Shown one piece after another: positions 29,337-38,167 of a stretch of 64,000 nt of DNA (its first letter is position 1; each line of letters opens with the position of its first letter). Under the pieces are notes generated by a model. The model ran no database searches and was not told the origin of the DNA. It was given only the letters and a program-made list of their open reading frames with translations. The translations under genes and the position numbers were made by a program. This stretch comes from Candidatus Ryanbacteria bacterium RIFCSPHIGHO2_02_FULL_45_17b (lineage in GTDB: Bacteria > Patescibacteriota > Minisyncoccia > Ryanbacterales > 2-02-FULL-48-12), in assembly GCA_001819815.1 (NCBI GenBank), contig MHNO01000009.1, forward strand, positions 460 to 64,459, in the 5' to 3' direction.

Positions 29337-30725
29337 ATGGCAGGCACTTCAGCGTCTAAAACCTCTTTTTCCATGCAATCCGCGCCTATTGCCGGCGTTC
29401 GTATGCCACCCCAAAACGTGGAAGCCGAAATGTCAGTTTTGGGTTCTTTAATGCTTGATAAAGAGGCTTATAACAAAATTGCGGATGTATTGCGTCCGGA
29501 AGCATTTTATCGCGATCAGCATCGCGTTATTTTTGAGGCCATGCAAAATCTGTTTGAAAAACGGATACCCATAGACGTGCTTTCCACATCAAACCGCCTC
29601 CGTGAAAAAAAGCACCTGGACACCGCGGGCGGCATGAGTTATCTTACGTCGCTTGTTACCATGGTGCCGACCGCAAGCAATATCGTGCATTATGCCGAAA
29701 TTGTGCAGAGAAAATCTACCCTGCGAAACATCATTTCCATATCACAAGAAATAAACCAGCTGGGATACCAGGAATCAGATGAAGTAGAGACATTGTTGGA
29801 TGAAGCTGAAAAAAAGATTTTTAGTATTTCTCACGGATCGTTGCGCCAACGGTTTGCCCCCGTTTCGGAAGGACTCGAGGCCGCATGGGATCGCATTGAT
29901 AACATGCAAGACGGAAACGCATTGCGCGGAGTTCCTACCGGATTTACCCAGCTCGACAATTTGCTTTCAGGTTTTCAAAAATCTGACCTTATTCTTTTGG
30001 CAGCCCGCCCGTCATTTGGAAAAACAAGTTTGGCGCTTGATATCGCCCGGCACGCCGCGGTTACCAAAAATATTCCCGTAGGCATCTTTAGCCTTGAAAT
30101 GTCTACGGAACAACTTATAGACCGCCTGCTTGCCGCAGAAGCAAACGTGGATTCGTGGCGGCTCCGCACCGGCCGCTTAAAACATGATTCAGATGATTTT
30201 ACGCGCATTCGCGATGCTCTTGGACGCCTTTCAAAAGCCCCGCTCTTTATTGATGACGAACCTTCCAATAATATACTCCAAATGCGCGCCATGGCGCGGC
30301 GCCTGCAGGCAGAACATGGTCTTGGGCTTATCATTGTGGACTACATACAACTTATCACCTACCATAAAGCAGGTTCTGAAAGTTTAGTGCGCGAAGTCAC
30401 GGAAATTTCTCGCGCCTTAAAAGGACTCGCGCGTGAACTTGCCGTTCCTGTTATTGCCCTTTCCCAGCTTTCACGCGCGGTTGAACAACGCCATCCATCT
30501 ATTCCAAAACTTTCTGACCTGCGGGAAAGCGGAAGCTTGGAACAAGACGCGGATGTTGTTATGTTTATTTATCGCGAAGATAGATACAAAGATTCCGATG
30601 ACAATAAAAACATTGTGGAACTTCAAATCGCAAAACATCGCAACGGACCTTTAGGAAAAGTAAGTCTTTATTTCAATCAGGAAATAACTTCGTTCAGAAG
30701 TTTAGAAACCCATGGCACATCCTAA
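29337..30725 (+). CDS. dnaB: replicative DNA helicase
   Basis: PPQN.EAE, AARPSFGKT, FSLEM, VDYIQL, LSQLSR, DLRESGSLEQDAD, KHRNGP; no intein. Confidence 0.97.
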   Translation: MAGTSASKTSFSMQSAPIAGVRMPPQNVEAEMSVLGSLMLDKEAYNKIADVLRPEAFYRDQHRVIFEAMQNLFEKRIPIDVLSTSNRLREKKHLDTAGGMSYLTSLVTMVPTASNIVHYAEIVQRKSTLRNIISISQEINQLGYQESDEVETLLDEAEKKIFSISHGSLRQRFAPVSEGLEAAWDRIDNMQDGNALRGVPTGFTQLDNLLSGFQKSDLILLAARPSFGKTSLALDIARHAAVTKNIPVGIFSLEMSTEQLIDRLLAAEANVDSWRLRTGRLKHDSDDFTRIRDALGRLSKAPLFIDDEPSNNILQMRAMARRLQAEHGLGLIIVDYIQLITYHKAGSESLVREVTEISRALKGLARELAVPVIALSQLSRAVEQRHPSIPKLSDLRESGSLEQDADVVMFIYREDRYKDSDDNKNIVELQIAKHRNGPLGKVSLYFNQEITSFRSLETHGTS

Positions 30726-31320
30726 ACATATTCAGCGAACAACAGAACTTCTCGGACAACTCCCCGGTATAGGTCCGCGCCAAGCACTGCGGTTAAGCTA
30801 CGTTCTTGCGGAAAAAAATATCATATGGCGAAAAGAATTAGCTCAATTACTAGAATCCTTTGACGCGCAACTTTCGCGCTGTGAACTTTGTTTTCGCGTT
30901 ATGGAGCAACGCGGGTCTTCTTATTGCGATATATGCAGTTCACCTTCGCGCGCAAAAGATAGCATTCTTGTTGTTGAAAAAGAGTCAGACGTAGAACAAT
31001 TTGAAACCTATCAACAATTTCAGGGAACATATCATGTAACCGGTGGTACTATCTCCCCGCTTGAAAAAAATCCCGGCGAAAAACTGCGCTTACGAGCATT
31101 GTTTGAACGCGTAAAAACTTACCCCGCGCGCAGTACCATGGAAGTTATTATAGCCACTTCAAACACACTTGAGGGCAATCAAACAGCAGCCTACATTGAA
31201 CGCATTCTCCAACCTCTCCAAATAAAAATAACCCGCCTCGGACGCGGGTTGTCTACGGGAGCAGAGATTGAATATGCCGATCCGCTTACGTTGGAACAGG
31301 CACTTAAAAATAGAAAATAA
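30712..31320 (+). CDS. recR: recombination mediator RecR
   Basis: LPGIGPR, C4 zinc finger, YHV.GG, G.EIEYAD. Confidence 0.93.
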   Translation: MAHPKHIQRTTELLGQLPGIGPRQALRLSYVLAEKNIIWRKELAQLLESFDAQLSRCELCFRVMEQRGSSYCDICSSPSRAKDSILVVEKESDVEQFETYQQFQGTYHVTGGTISPLEKNPGEKLRLRALFERVKTYPARSTMEVIIATSNTLEGNQTAAYIERILQPLQIKITRLGRGLSTGAEIEYADPLTLEQALKNRK

Positions 31321-31330
31321 AATTGCGTGT

Positions 31331-31368
31331 TAGGCGACTCGACCGCCAATTGGCGGTCGAGTCGCCTA
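31331..31368. repeat. perfect 38-nt palindrome between convergent recR and rplU
   Basis: TAGGCGACTCGACCGCCAATTGGCGGTCGAGTCGCCTA equals its own reverse complement. Confidence 0.85.
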
Positions 31369-31381
31369 TTTCCTCACAGAC

Positions 31382-31693
31382 TCAAATTTTCGTTATCTCA
31401 ACCTCCGTAAAATGCTGGCGATGACCTTGCTTGCGGCGACGGCGGGTTTTTGAATGATACCGCAAATTAGTTATTTTTTTCGCGCGGGCGTGCCGAAGCA
31501 CTTTCGCAGATACGCTGGCGCCCTCCACTAACGGAGTACCGATTTTTGCCTCTCCCTCCTCTCCTGCCACCAACAAAACTTCATCAAACGAAAAGTCCTT
31601 CCCTTCTTCAATAGGCAGTTTTTCTATTTTGAGTTTTTTTCCGGGTTCCACAACATATTGTTTCCCGCCTGTTTTGATGACTGCAAAAGACAT
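31382..31693 (-). CDS. rplU: 50S ribosomal protein L21
   Basis: FAVIKTGGKQY.V, IGTPLVEGA, GHRQ; start moved to 31693. Confidence 0.95.
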   Translation of the reverse strand: MSFAVIKTGGKQYVVEPGKKLKIEKLPIEEGKDFSFDEVLLVAGEEGEAKIGTPLVEGASVSAKVLRHARAKKITNLRYHSKTRRRRKQGHRQHFTEVEITKI

Positions 31694-31730
31694 GAAAAAA
31701 TAGTACCAAATTAAGAACATATTGTATATC

Positions 31731-31759
31731 TTGACAAATAGTAAAAAAACTACTATGAT
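31731..31759 (+). promoter_or_regulatory. sigma70 promoter of a small-gene operon
   Basis: TTGACA-17 nt-TATGAT. Confidence 0.7.
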
Positions 31760-31786
31760 AGTTTTAAAAGAAAAAAGGAGGCAGGT

Positions 31787-32029
31787 ATGGCACTAAAGCT
31801 CATTAACACGGAAGAGATCTGGCTCCGTATTGCGAGCACGCACGAACATGTTGTTCTCCCGCCAGGGGTATGGGTTGTGCAACGCATACCTAATCCAATA
31901 GAAGGACAGACCGCTCGTTGGGTTAAACTAAGAACGAGTGAGATGGGGATCATCGGATCTGCAGAGGAAGCCCTTTTGGGGAATTACCCTGATGTGGTTG
32001 AACTTATTGAAGAGGAGGAATCACGATGA
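31787..32029 (+). CDS. hypothetical protein
   Basis: SD AAGGAGG, promoter upstream. Confidence 0.65.
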   Translation: MALKLINTEEIWLRIASTHEHVVLPPGVWVVQRIPNPIEGQTARWVKLRTSEMGIIGSAEEALLGNYPDVVELIEEEESR

Positions 32030-32334
32030 GTCATAGTATAACGGTTGATGTGAAAGAACCAAAAGCCATAATTGTCTTCAAAACCACATTTAATTTGTAC
32101 GAAGGCAGTACTAGTTTGGAAACGCTTTTCGTGCTTTCTTGCCGCATTTCCCAAGAGACAATATTCAAGGCACATCTGGCACCACGAGGATACAAAACAC
32201 TTGATCTCACCTCGCCGGAGGAGATTATTTCAAAAGAAGTGCTCTTGCGGGAAGTTGAGACAGTGGCTAGAATCATCAGAGAAGTCTATAACAAACCTAA
32301 AGCAAATATGCAAATCCAACAAGACCTTTTTTAA
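32026..32334 (+). CDS. hypothetical protein
   Basis: ATGA overlap with the previous gene, SD GAGGAGG. Confidence 0.6.
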   Translation: MSHSITVDVKEPKAIIVFKTTFNLYEGSTSLETLFVLSCRISQETIFKAHLAPRGYKTLDLTSPEEIISKEVLLREVETVARIIREVYNKPKANMQIQQDLF

Positions 32335-32364
32335 AAGGCCCAACATTTCGAAAGGAGTAAAAAG

Positions 32365-32538
32365 ATGAACATAGTATTCATTCTGACAGGTGTGGTTATT
32401 GGATTCATTTTGCTGTATCGCTGGATACAGCCGCTCCGTTGTAATGGTTGTCAGATGTTCCTAGTGCGACCCATGACGAAACGACACGTAACGTGCAATG
32501 CGTGCGGAATGACTAACAGTGTCCCATTCCTTATTTAG
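32365..32538 (+). CDS. 57-aa membrane-anchored zinc-ribbon protein (below the ORF-track cutoff)
   Basis: MNIVFILTGVVIGFILLYRWIQPLRCNGCQ…TCNACG…; SD AAGGAG. Confidence 0.6.
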   Translation: MNIVFILTGVVIGFILLYRWIQPLRCNGCQMFLVRPMTKRHVTCNACGMTNSVPFLI

Positions 32539-32554
32539 GGCAGTTGGAAACACT

Positions 32555-33598
32555 TCAAGAATCCTCCTCCCCTACCGGCTTCTCCAAAAGTATCGCTTCT
32601 ATAGCCCCCTCTCCGCCGGCTATACGGACAATGTCCTTATCAATTTTCTTGAGCTCCTTATAGCCGACATTATACGTTCCTACCAGGGTACCCAATTGGG
32701 TGCCCATTTTTATTACATAACTGTCGTAGTTTACAAGATGCTTTTTTAACGCTTCCACGTTTTTGCGAATATCTTTCGCGGATTCTTCAATTTGAAGCGC
32801 GCGCAACCCCTGAAGCACGGTCTGTAAATATGCGAGAAACGATGTGGGAGAAACTATAATGACATGTTTTTCTTTAAACGCGTATTCAATCAAGTCTTGG
32901 GTAGAAACCTGCACCGCGCCCACTTTGTTTATCAATAAGTCATAATAAATTGCTTCCGACGGAATAAACATAAACGCAAAGTCCATGGTATTCTCCGCCG
33001 GTTTTATGTATTTGGATGTCTCGTCAATGCGCGTTTTTAAGTCTTGTTTGAATACTTTTTCGAATCGCTCGCGTTCTGTCGGATCATTCGTGGCAAGAAT
33101 GCGCTCGTAATTTTCGAGTGAAAATTTGGAGTCCACGGGAACAATTTTATCTTTAATGAATACCACCGCGTCCACCAAAGAACCGTCTTCAAACCCATAT
33201 TGCATTTGATAACTTCCGGGCGGGAGAACATTTTTTAGCACCGTTTCCAAATAGTATTCTCCCAAGACGCCGCGCTGTTTGGGGTTGCGCAAAATATCCT
33301 GCAAGCCTTTTAGCTGATCGGCAAACCCCATCACCTGCCGGTTTGTCTCATCGAGCTTCGTGAGGCGTTCGGTAACATCCTGAATAATTTTACTGCTGTG
33401 CTGAAATTGCACCTGCATAGATTTATGCGACTCCCCCATGTTGCGATCAAGCGTACGCGCGATTTCCTGCACTTGGTTTTGGAGAAGAATGAGCGATTGA
33501 TTATCTTCCGGTTTTTTTTTCATGCGGGAAATAAGCCATATAAGGACGGCAAATCCTAGCATAAGTACTACGATGGTAAAGATATTGTAGAAATACAT
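32555..33598 (-). CDS. rmuC: DNA recombination protein RmuC
   Basis: NPKQRG.LGE, VDSKF, KYI, FA.MFIPSE, IVSPT. Confidence 0.92.
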   Translation of the reverse strand: MYFYNIFTIVVLMLGFAVLIWLISRMKKKPEDNQSLILLQNQVQEIARTLDRNMGESHKSMQVQFQHSSKIIQDVTERLTKLDETNRQVMGFADQLKGLQDILRNPKQRGVLGEYYLETVLKNVLPPGSYQMQYGFEDGSLVDAVVFIKDKIVPVDSKFSLENYERILATNDPTERERFEKVFKQDLKTRIDETSKYIKPAENTMDFAFMFIPSEAIYYDLLINKVGAVQVSTQDLIEYAFKEKHVIIVSPTSFLAYLQTVLQGLRALQIEESAKDIRKNVEALKKHLVNYDSYVIKMGTQLGTLVGTYNVGYKELKKIDKDIVRIAGGEGAIEAILLEKPVGEEDS

Positions 33599-33617
33599 AG
33601 GTTTCAAGTTTTAAGTT

Positions 33618-36290
33618 CTATTCAACCTGTTCTCTTCTAATAAACCACCATTTCCCAACTTCAATCAATAGGATGTTTGATATACCAAATAATAGAATGA
33701 GACCAACATCGGAGAATGAAATAGAAACTAAAGAAAGTATATTTGAAAGCGACTCAAATAAAAAGGCTAGCATTAAAAGCGATAAACTTATAGCAAGCGC
33801 CAGCCAAAAGAACAGGTTCCCAAGAAATGATATATTCCATAACGGGCGGCGCAAACTTCGCAGGGAATACCCAAAGAAAATGGAATCAATCGCGAGCCCT
33901 AAAAACATAAGCGTGCGAATGCGCGCAAGTTCATATCCATTCCATTGTAAATATAAAAAGAGTCCAAAAAGCACCAAATCAGTAGCAATGCCTATAATAA
34001 AAATAAGAAACCACATTTGACGCGTAAATATACGCCGTTCACGCCCGCCATTACCACGCGGCTTCATGACATCTTGTTCTTTCGGTTCAAACGCGAATGC
34101 GAATGTCAACAAACCCCCTCCCACAATATTGGTCCACAAAATTTGCGTAGCGCGCACCGGTAACGGAAAACCCAACAACAGCGCTCCTCCCACCAGGATA
34201 ATTTCCGTAAATCCCGTAGCAAACACAAACGTAATTACTTTACGAAGATTGTCCACAATAACGCGTCCCTGCTCAATAGCCTTCACCAACACACTGAAAC
34301 TGTCTTCCAACAGCACAATATCAGAAGCCTCTTTCGCAACTTCCGTACCAGAACCAAGCGCAACTCCCACATCCGCGCGTTTGAGGGCAGGCGCGTCATT
34401 TACGCCGTCTCCGGTCATGGCAACCACCGCGCCTTTTTTTTGCCAAGCTTCCACAATACGAAGCTTTTGATGGGGCAAAACACGCGCGTATACCGCGATA
34501 GATTCCACGCGCTCCGCCAATGCTTCCGGTGACATTGCTTCTAAATCATCCCCCTCTACAACGGCATAATTCGCCGTGTCAATTCCCACTTCCTTCGCTA
34601 TGCGCTCCGCCGTGAGACGATGGTCGCCTGTTACCATAACAGCGCGTAGCCCTGCTTGGCGCGCCAATTGCATAGATTCTACAGCGTCGGGGCGTAATGG
34701 ATCATGAAACGCAATAAAACCAACAAACACCAGTTTTTCAAAAAAATCAGCAGTATCCGCCGTTGGTATTTTTTCTGCTGTCTCCAAACGAAACGCGGTT
34801 GCAAGCACGCGGTTACCGCCTTGGGAAAGATGTTCATGAGCTTTTTGCAGAGCTTCGAGACGTTGCTTGGTAAGAATCAATGTGCGCCCCCCCACATACA
34901 CGCGCGCGGCATATTTCAACAACACTTCCGGCGCGCCCGTGATACGAAGCAGGGTACCTTTTTTCGTTTTATGTAATGAAGCGGAAAACCGTCGCTCGGC
35001 TTCAAAAGGTAAAAAATCAATGCGTGGATTTTCAGCAAACACATGCACAGGGCGCACGCCTGCTTGAATACCTGCCAAAAGCATGGCGCGATCCGTGGGT
35101 GTTCCGCGTGTTATCCATTCACTTAAATCCGCGTCTGGATTTTCAATAAACGCGCCGGATGTGGAAACGCCAATGATGAGCGCGGCGCTTGCGTGCGCCT
35201 CCTGCGTAAGAACATCGGACGGATCTCCAAACAATTGACTGCCGGTAACAACTTTGGAAACCTGCATGTTCGCCTGTGTGAGAGTTCCTGTTTTATCAGT
35301 AAGAATGATGTTAGTGGATCCAAGAGTTTCTGCCGCGGTAAGCTTTTTTACTAATCCGCCGCTTTTTAAAATCCGTTCCATCCCAAGAGCTAAAATAACC
35401 GTAACCGCCACCGGAAGCCCCTCGGGAACCGCGGCAACCGCGATGGCAACCGACGTAAGAAACATTTCTGTCGCAGACTCCCCGCGCAACAATCCAAGCG
35501 CAAAAATAACGCCTACCGTTCCAAGAACAACAACACTGATAAGCTTCGCGAGAGAAGCCATGTCGCGCTGAAGCGGTGTTTTTTCTTTACGGGTAGTGCC
35601 AACCATAAGACTTATCTTCCCAAACTCCGTATAATGCGCGGTATTAACCACAAGCGCTCGCGCGAGACCTTCTTCCACCAATGTACCCGCCCATACCATA
35701 TTCGTGCGATCCGTAAGATGCGTGTGTTCCGGAAGCGTGCCGATTTTTTTATCAACGCCAATCCACTCACCCGTAAGCGCTGATTCATTTATGCGAACAT
35801 TCCGCCCATCAAGCATGCGCGCATCCGCCGGCACATAATCACCAGCGCGCAACACAATAACATCACCCGGAACAATATCGGTTGAAATAACCTCCTGTTC
35901 GGCGCCGTCGCGCACCACAACCGCGCGGCGCGTTACATGTTCCTGCAATTTTATAAACGCGCGTGATGCCTTACCTTCCTGTACAACACCAACCACCGTA
36001 TTTACGAGCACGGTAAATACAATAACAAGAGCATCGGCGCGTTCATCGAGGAAAAAAGAAATAACCGCCGCGGCAAGAAGAATAAGAACAAGCGGGTTTG
36101 CGAATTGATGCAAAATAATACGCAAAAGATGAAATTCTTCACTGCCGCTGATACGGTTTTCCCCTATTCGCTCTTTCCGTCTCTTCGCCTCTTCTTTTCC
36201 TAATCCTTCATGTGGATGTACCTCAAAATGCTTAGACAACTCGTGTTCTGAAACCGCGTGCCACGCATCTTTCTTTTGAAGAGATATCAT
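33618..36290 (-). CDS. cation-transporting P-type ATPase (type IIA, Ca2+-like)
   Basis: ESALTGE, VPEGLP, DKTGTLT, MVTGDH, TGDGVNDAPALK. Confidence 0.95.
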   Translation of the reverse strand: MISLQKKDAWHAVSEHELSKHFEVHPHEGLGKEEAKRRKERIGENRISGSEEFHLLRIILHQFANPLVLILLAAAVISFFLDERADALVIVFTVLVNTVVGVVQEGKASRAFIKLQEHVTRRAVVVRDGAEQEVISTDIVPGDVIVLRAGDYVPADARMLDGRNVRINESALTGEWIGVDKKIGTLPEHTHLTDRTNMVWAGTLVEEGLARALVVNTAHYTEFGKISLMVGTTRKEKTPLQRDMASLAKLISVVVLGTVGVIFALGLLRGESATEMFLTSVAIAVAAVPEGLPVAVTVILALGMERILKSGGLVKKLTAAETLGSTNIILTDKTGTLTQANMQVSKVVTGSQLFGDPSDVLTQEAHASAALIIGVSTSGAFIENPDADLSEWITRGTPTDRAMLLAGIQAGVRPVHVFAENPRIDFLPFEAERRFSASLHKTKKGTLLRITGAPEVLLKYAARVYVGGRTLILTKQRLEALQKAHEHLSQGGNRVLATAFRLETAEKIPTADTADFFEKLVFVGFIAFHDPLRPDAVESMQLARQAGLRAVMVTGDHRLTAERIAKEVGIDTANYAVVEGDDLEAMSPEALAERVESIAVYARVLPHQKLRIVEAWQKKGAVVAMTGDGVNDAPALKRADVGVALGSGTEVAKEASDIVLLEDSFSVLVKAIEQGRVIVDNLRKVITFVFATGFTEIILVGGALLLGFPLPVRATQILWTNIVGGGLLTFAFAFEPKEQDVMKPRGNGGRERRIFTRQMWFLIFIIGIATDLVLFGLFLYLQWNGYELARIRTLMFLGLAIDSIFFGYSLRSLRRPLWNISFLGNLFFWLALAISLSLLMLAFLFESLSNILSLVSISFSDVGLILLFGISNILLIEVGKWWFIRREQVE

Positions 36291-36352
36291 GTCTGCATAT
36301 TACCATCTCGTGAGCAAACAAAAAAATTCCCCTATCTGTGGAGAAGTTATCG

Positions 36353-36377
36353 CACTTGGCGGTCGGACCGCCAAGTG
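36353..36377. repeat. REP-like palindrome downstream of tRNA-Glu
   Basis: CACTTGGCGGTC-G-GACCGCCAAGTG, 12-bp perfect arms. Confidence 0.7.
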
Positions 36378-36446
36378 GTGTTGCTAATGATAGCTCTTAC
36401 AGGCGAACCACCAGTTACACTCTCTTGTGCGCATAAAACGTATCTG

Positions 36447-36522
36447 TGGCGGCCCCACGGGGAATTGAACCCCGGTTTGATGGATGAGAACCATCTGTCC
36501 TAGGCCACTAGACGATGGGGCC
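36447..36522 (-). tRNA. tRNA-Glu (anticodon CTC)
   Basis: GGCCCCATCGTCTAGTGGCCTAGGACAGATGG-TTCTCAT-CCATCAAACCGGGGTTCAATTCCCCGTGGGGCCGCCA; full cloverleaf with encoded CCA. Confidence 0.95.
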
Positions 36523-36577
36523 ACGTCAAAACATACTTAACTATACTGTATATGCGCAATAATTCAAGAAAAATCCC

Positions 36578-36811
36578 CTAAGCTGACGGGGATTTATCGT
36601 TATGCTTTGTTTTCTTTCGCTCATTATCTTTACATACGCCGCATTCCCATCCGTTCACATCAGCTCGAAATGATAACAAAGTTCCGCATCTTGGGCATTT
36701 CATACCAATACAACTCACTTCGTTGCACCAACTTCCACCACGCTCACCGGATCGACAAAACCGATCATAGAAGCATCTTTTCACAGACGCTTCTTTTTCA
36801 TGTCCTTTCAC
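36578..36811 (-). CDS. small Cys-rich (zinc-finger-like) hypothetical protein
   Basis: CPRCG…WECGVC plus four more Cys; likely GTG start after GGGGG; hairpin at the stop. Confidence 0.45.
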   Translation of the reverse strand: MKGHEKEASVKRCFYDRFCRSGERGGSWCNEVSCIGMKCPRCGTLLSFRADVNGWECGVCKDNERKKTKHNDKSPSA

Positions 36812-36852
36812 AAAAAATCCCCCTTTGATAAACAGTATACCACGCTCTTTAT

Positions 36853-38148
36853 CTAGTTTGTCCAATATTCCTCTTGGCGCACCAACAAATCCTTTTTAAG
36901 TTCCGGATGCGCCATAACCTCTTCCACCGCCCGCTCCATCCGCATAGATTGCGAACCTTTTACCAACACCACATCCCCCGGTTGCAACATGTTCTGAAGC
37001 AATTTCCCCGCCTCCACCGCGCTTCCCAATTCATGCACCGATTCCCGCTTCATACCGCGTTCCATTGCCTCGCGCGCGATAAATTTTGCCCGGGGGCCCA
37101 CGGTAACAAGGATATCTAGAAAACCTGCCGCGAGTTCTCCCATTGTTTGGTGTGCTTGAATAGTGAATTTGCCAATTTCAAGCATATCAGCCAGCGCCGC
37201 GATGCGTCTACGCGCAGGAACATCGCGTAATGTATCAAGCGCGGCGTGCATTGCAATAGGAGAGGCGTTATAGGAATCATCCAACAATATGGAATTTTTT
37301 ATGCCTTCCAAAATATGCAAGCGACCCGCAAGCGGCTGATATCCCTCGAGAGCGCGCGCGGCAGACAACGCATTGATGCCAAAATAACCCGCAACCCCAA
37401 TAGCCGCTACGGCCATATATAATTGCTGTTTTCCTAAAACGTTCTCTACATGCAGGGGAACCGTAGAACCTTGGTAATCGATTTTACAACGTATACCAGC
37501 AGGGACTTCTATATTCAGGGCATTTTTTTGTGTAAAAAGAGTGTATTGAGACGCGCGAATATCAGCGCCTTTTCCGAAACCGAACGTAACAACCTTTCCG
37601 CGAGCTTCGTTCCGCATATCATACACTATCTCGTCATCCGCATTTAAGAGCACCAACCCCGTAGATAGCGTTCCACGCGCGAGTTTTCCTTTCTCGAACG
37701 CAAGCTCTTTCGGACCAGAAAAAAACTCCACATGAACAGGAATTTCTCCAATGGCTGTTATCACACTCACGTGTGGTTCTATGATGGATAAAATACTATC
37801 CATATCCCCCGGGCGATCCACACCCGTTTCCAATACCAGTATCTCGGGGTACTCTTTTTGAAAACGCGCCAAAAACCCCCGCATAATCACCGCTCCCCAT
37901 CCTATCGGCGACCGCCACGCAGTGGAAAGCCCCAGTATGGTAAGGGGAATGCCAAAAGCACTGTTATAGCTTTTGGGACTTTTACGCACATGATACTTCG
38001 CGGCAAGCACAACCGTAATTGCTTCTTTTGTGGAAGACTTGCCCACACTTCCGGTTACCGCAACAATCTTTGGCTTGAATTTTACAAGCACTGCTCGCGC
38101 TTCCCAAGCGAGAATTGCCAAAACAATTTTTTTTAAGAATGAACTCAT
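36853..38148 (-). CDS. murF: UDP-MurNAc-tripeptide--D-Ala-D-Ala ligase
   Basis: VTGSVGKSSTKE, EKG, LNADD, DDSYNASP, DMLEIG, VKGS..MRME. Confidence 0.9.
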   Translation of the reverse strand: MSSFLKKIVLAILAWEARAVLVKFKPKIVAVTGSVGKSSTKEAITVVLAAKYHVRKSPKSYNSAFGIPLTILGLSTAWRSPIGWGAVIMRGFLARFQKEYPEILVLETGVDRPGDMDSILSIIEPHVSVITAIGEIPVHVEFFSGPKELAFEKGKLARGTLSTGLVLLNADDEIVYDMRNEARGKVVTFGFGKGADIRASQYTLFTQKNALNIEVPAGIRCKIDYQGSTVPLHVENVLGKQQLYMAVAAIGVAGYFGINALSAARALEGYQPLAGRLHILEGIKNSILLDDSYNASPIAMHAALDTLRDVPARRRIAALADMLEIGKFTIQAHQTMGELAAGFLDILVTVGPRAKFIAREAMERGMKRESVHELGSAVEAGKLLQNMLQPGDVVLVKGSQSMRMERAVEEVMAHPELKKDLLVRQEEYWTN

Positions 38149-38167
38149 ATACAAGGTTTCAGGATTT

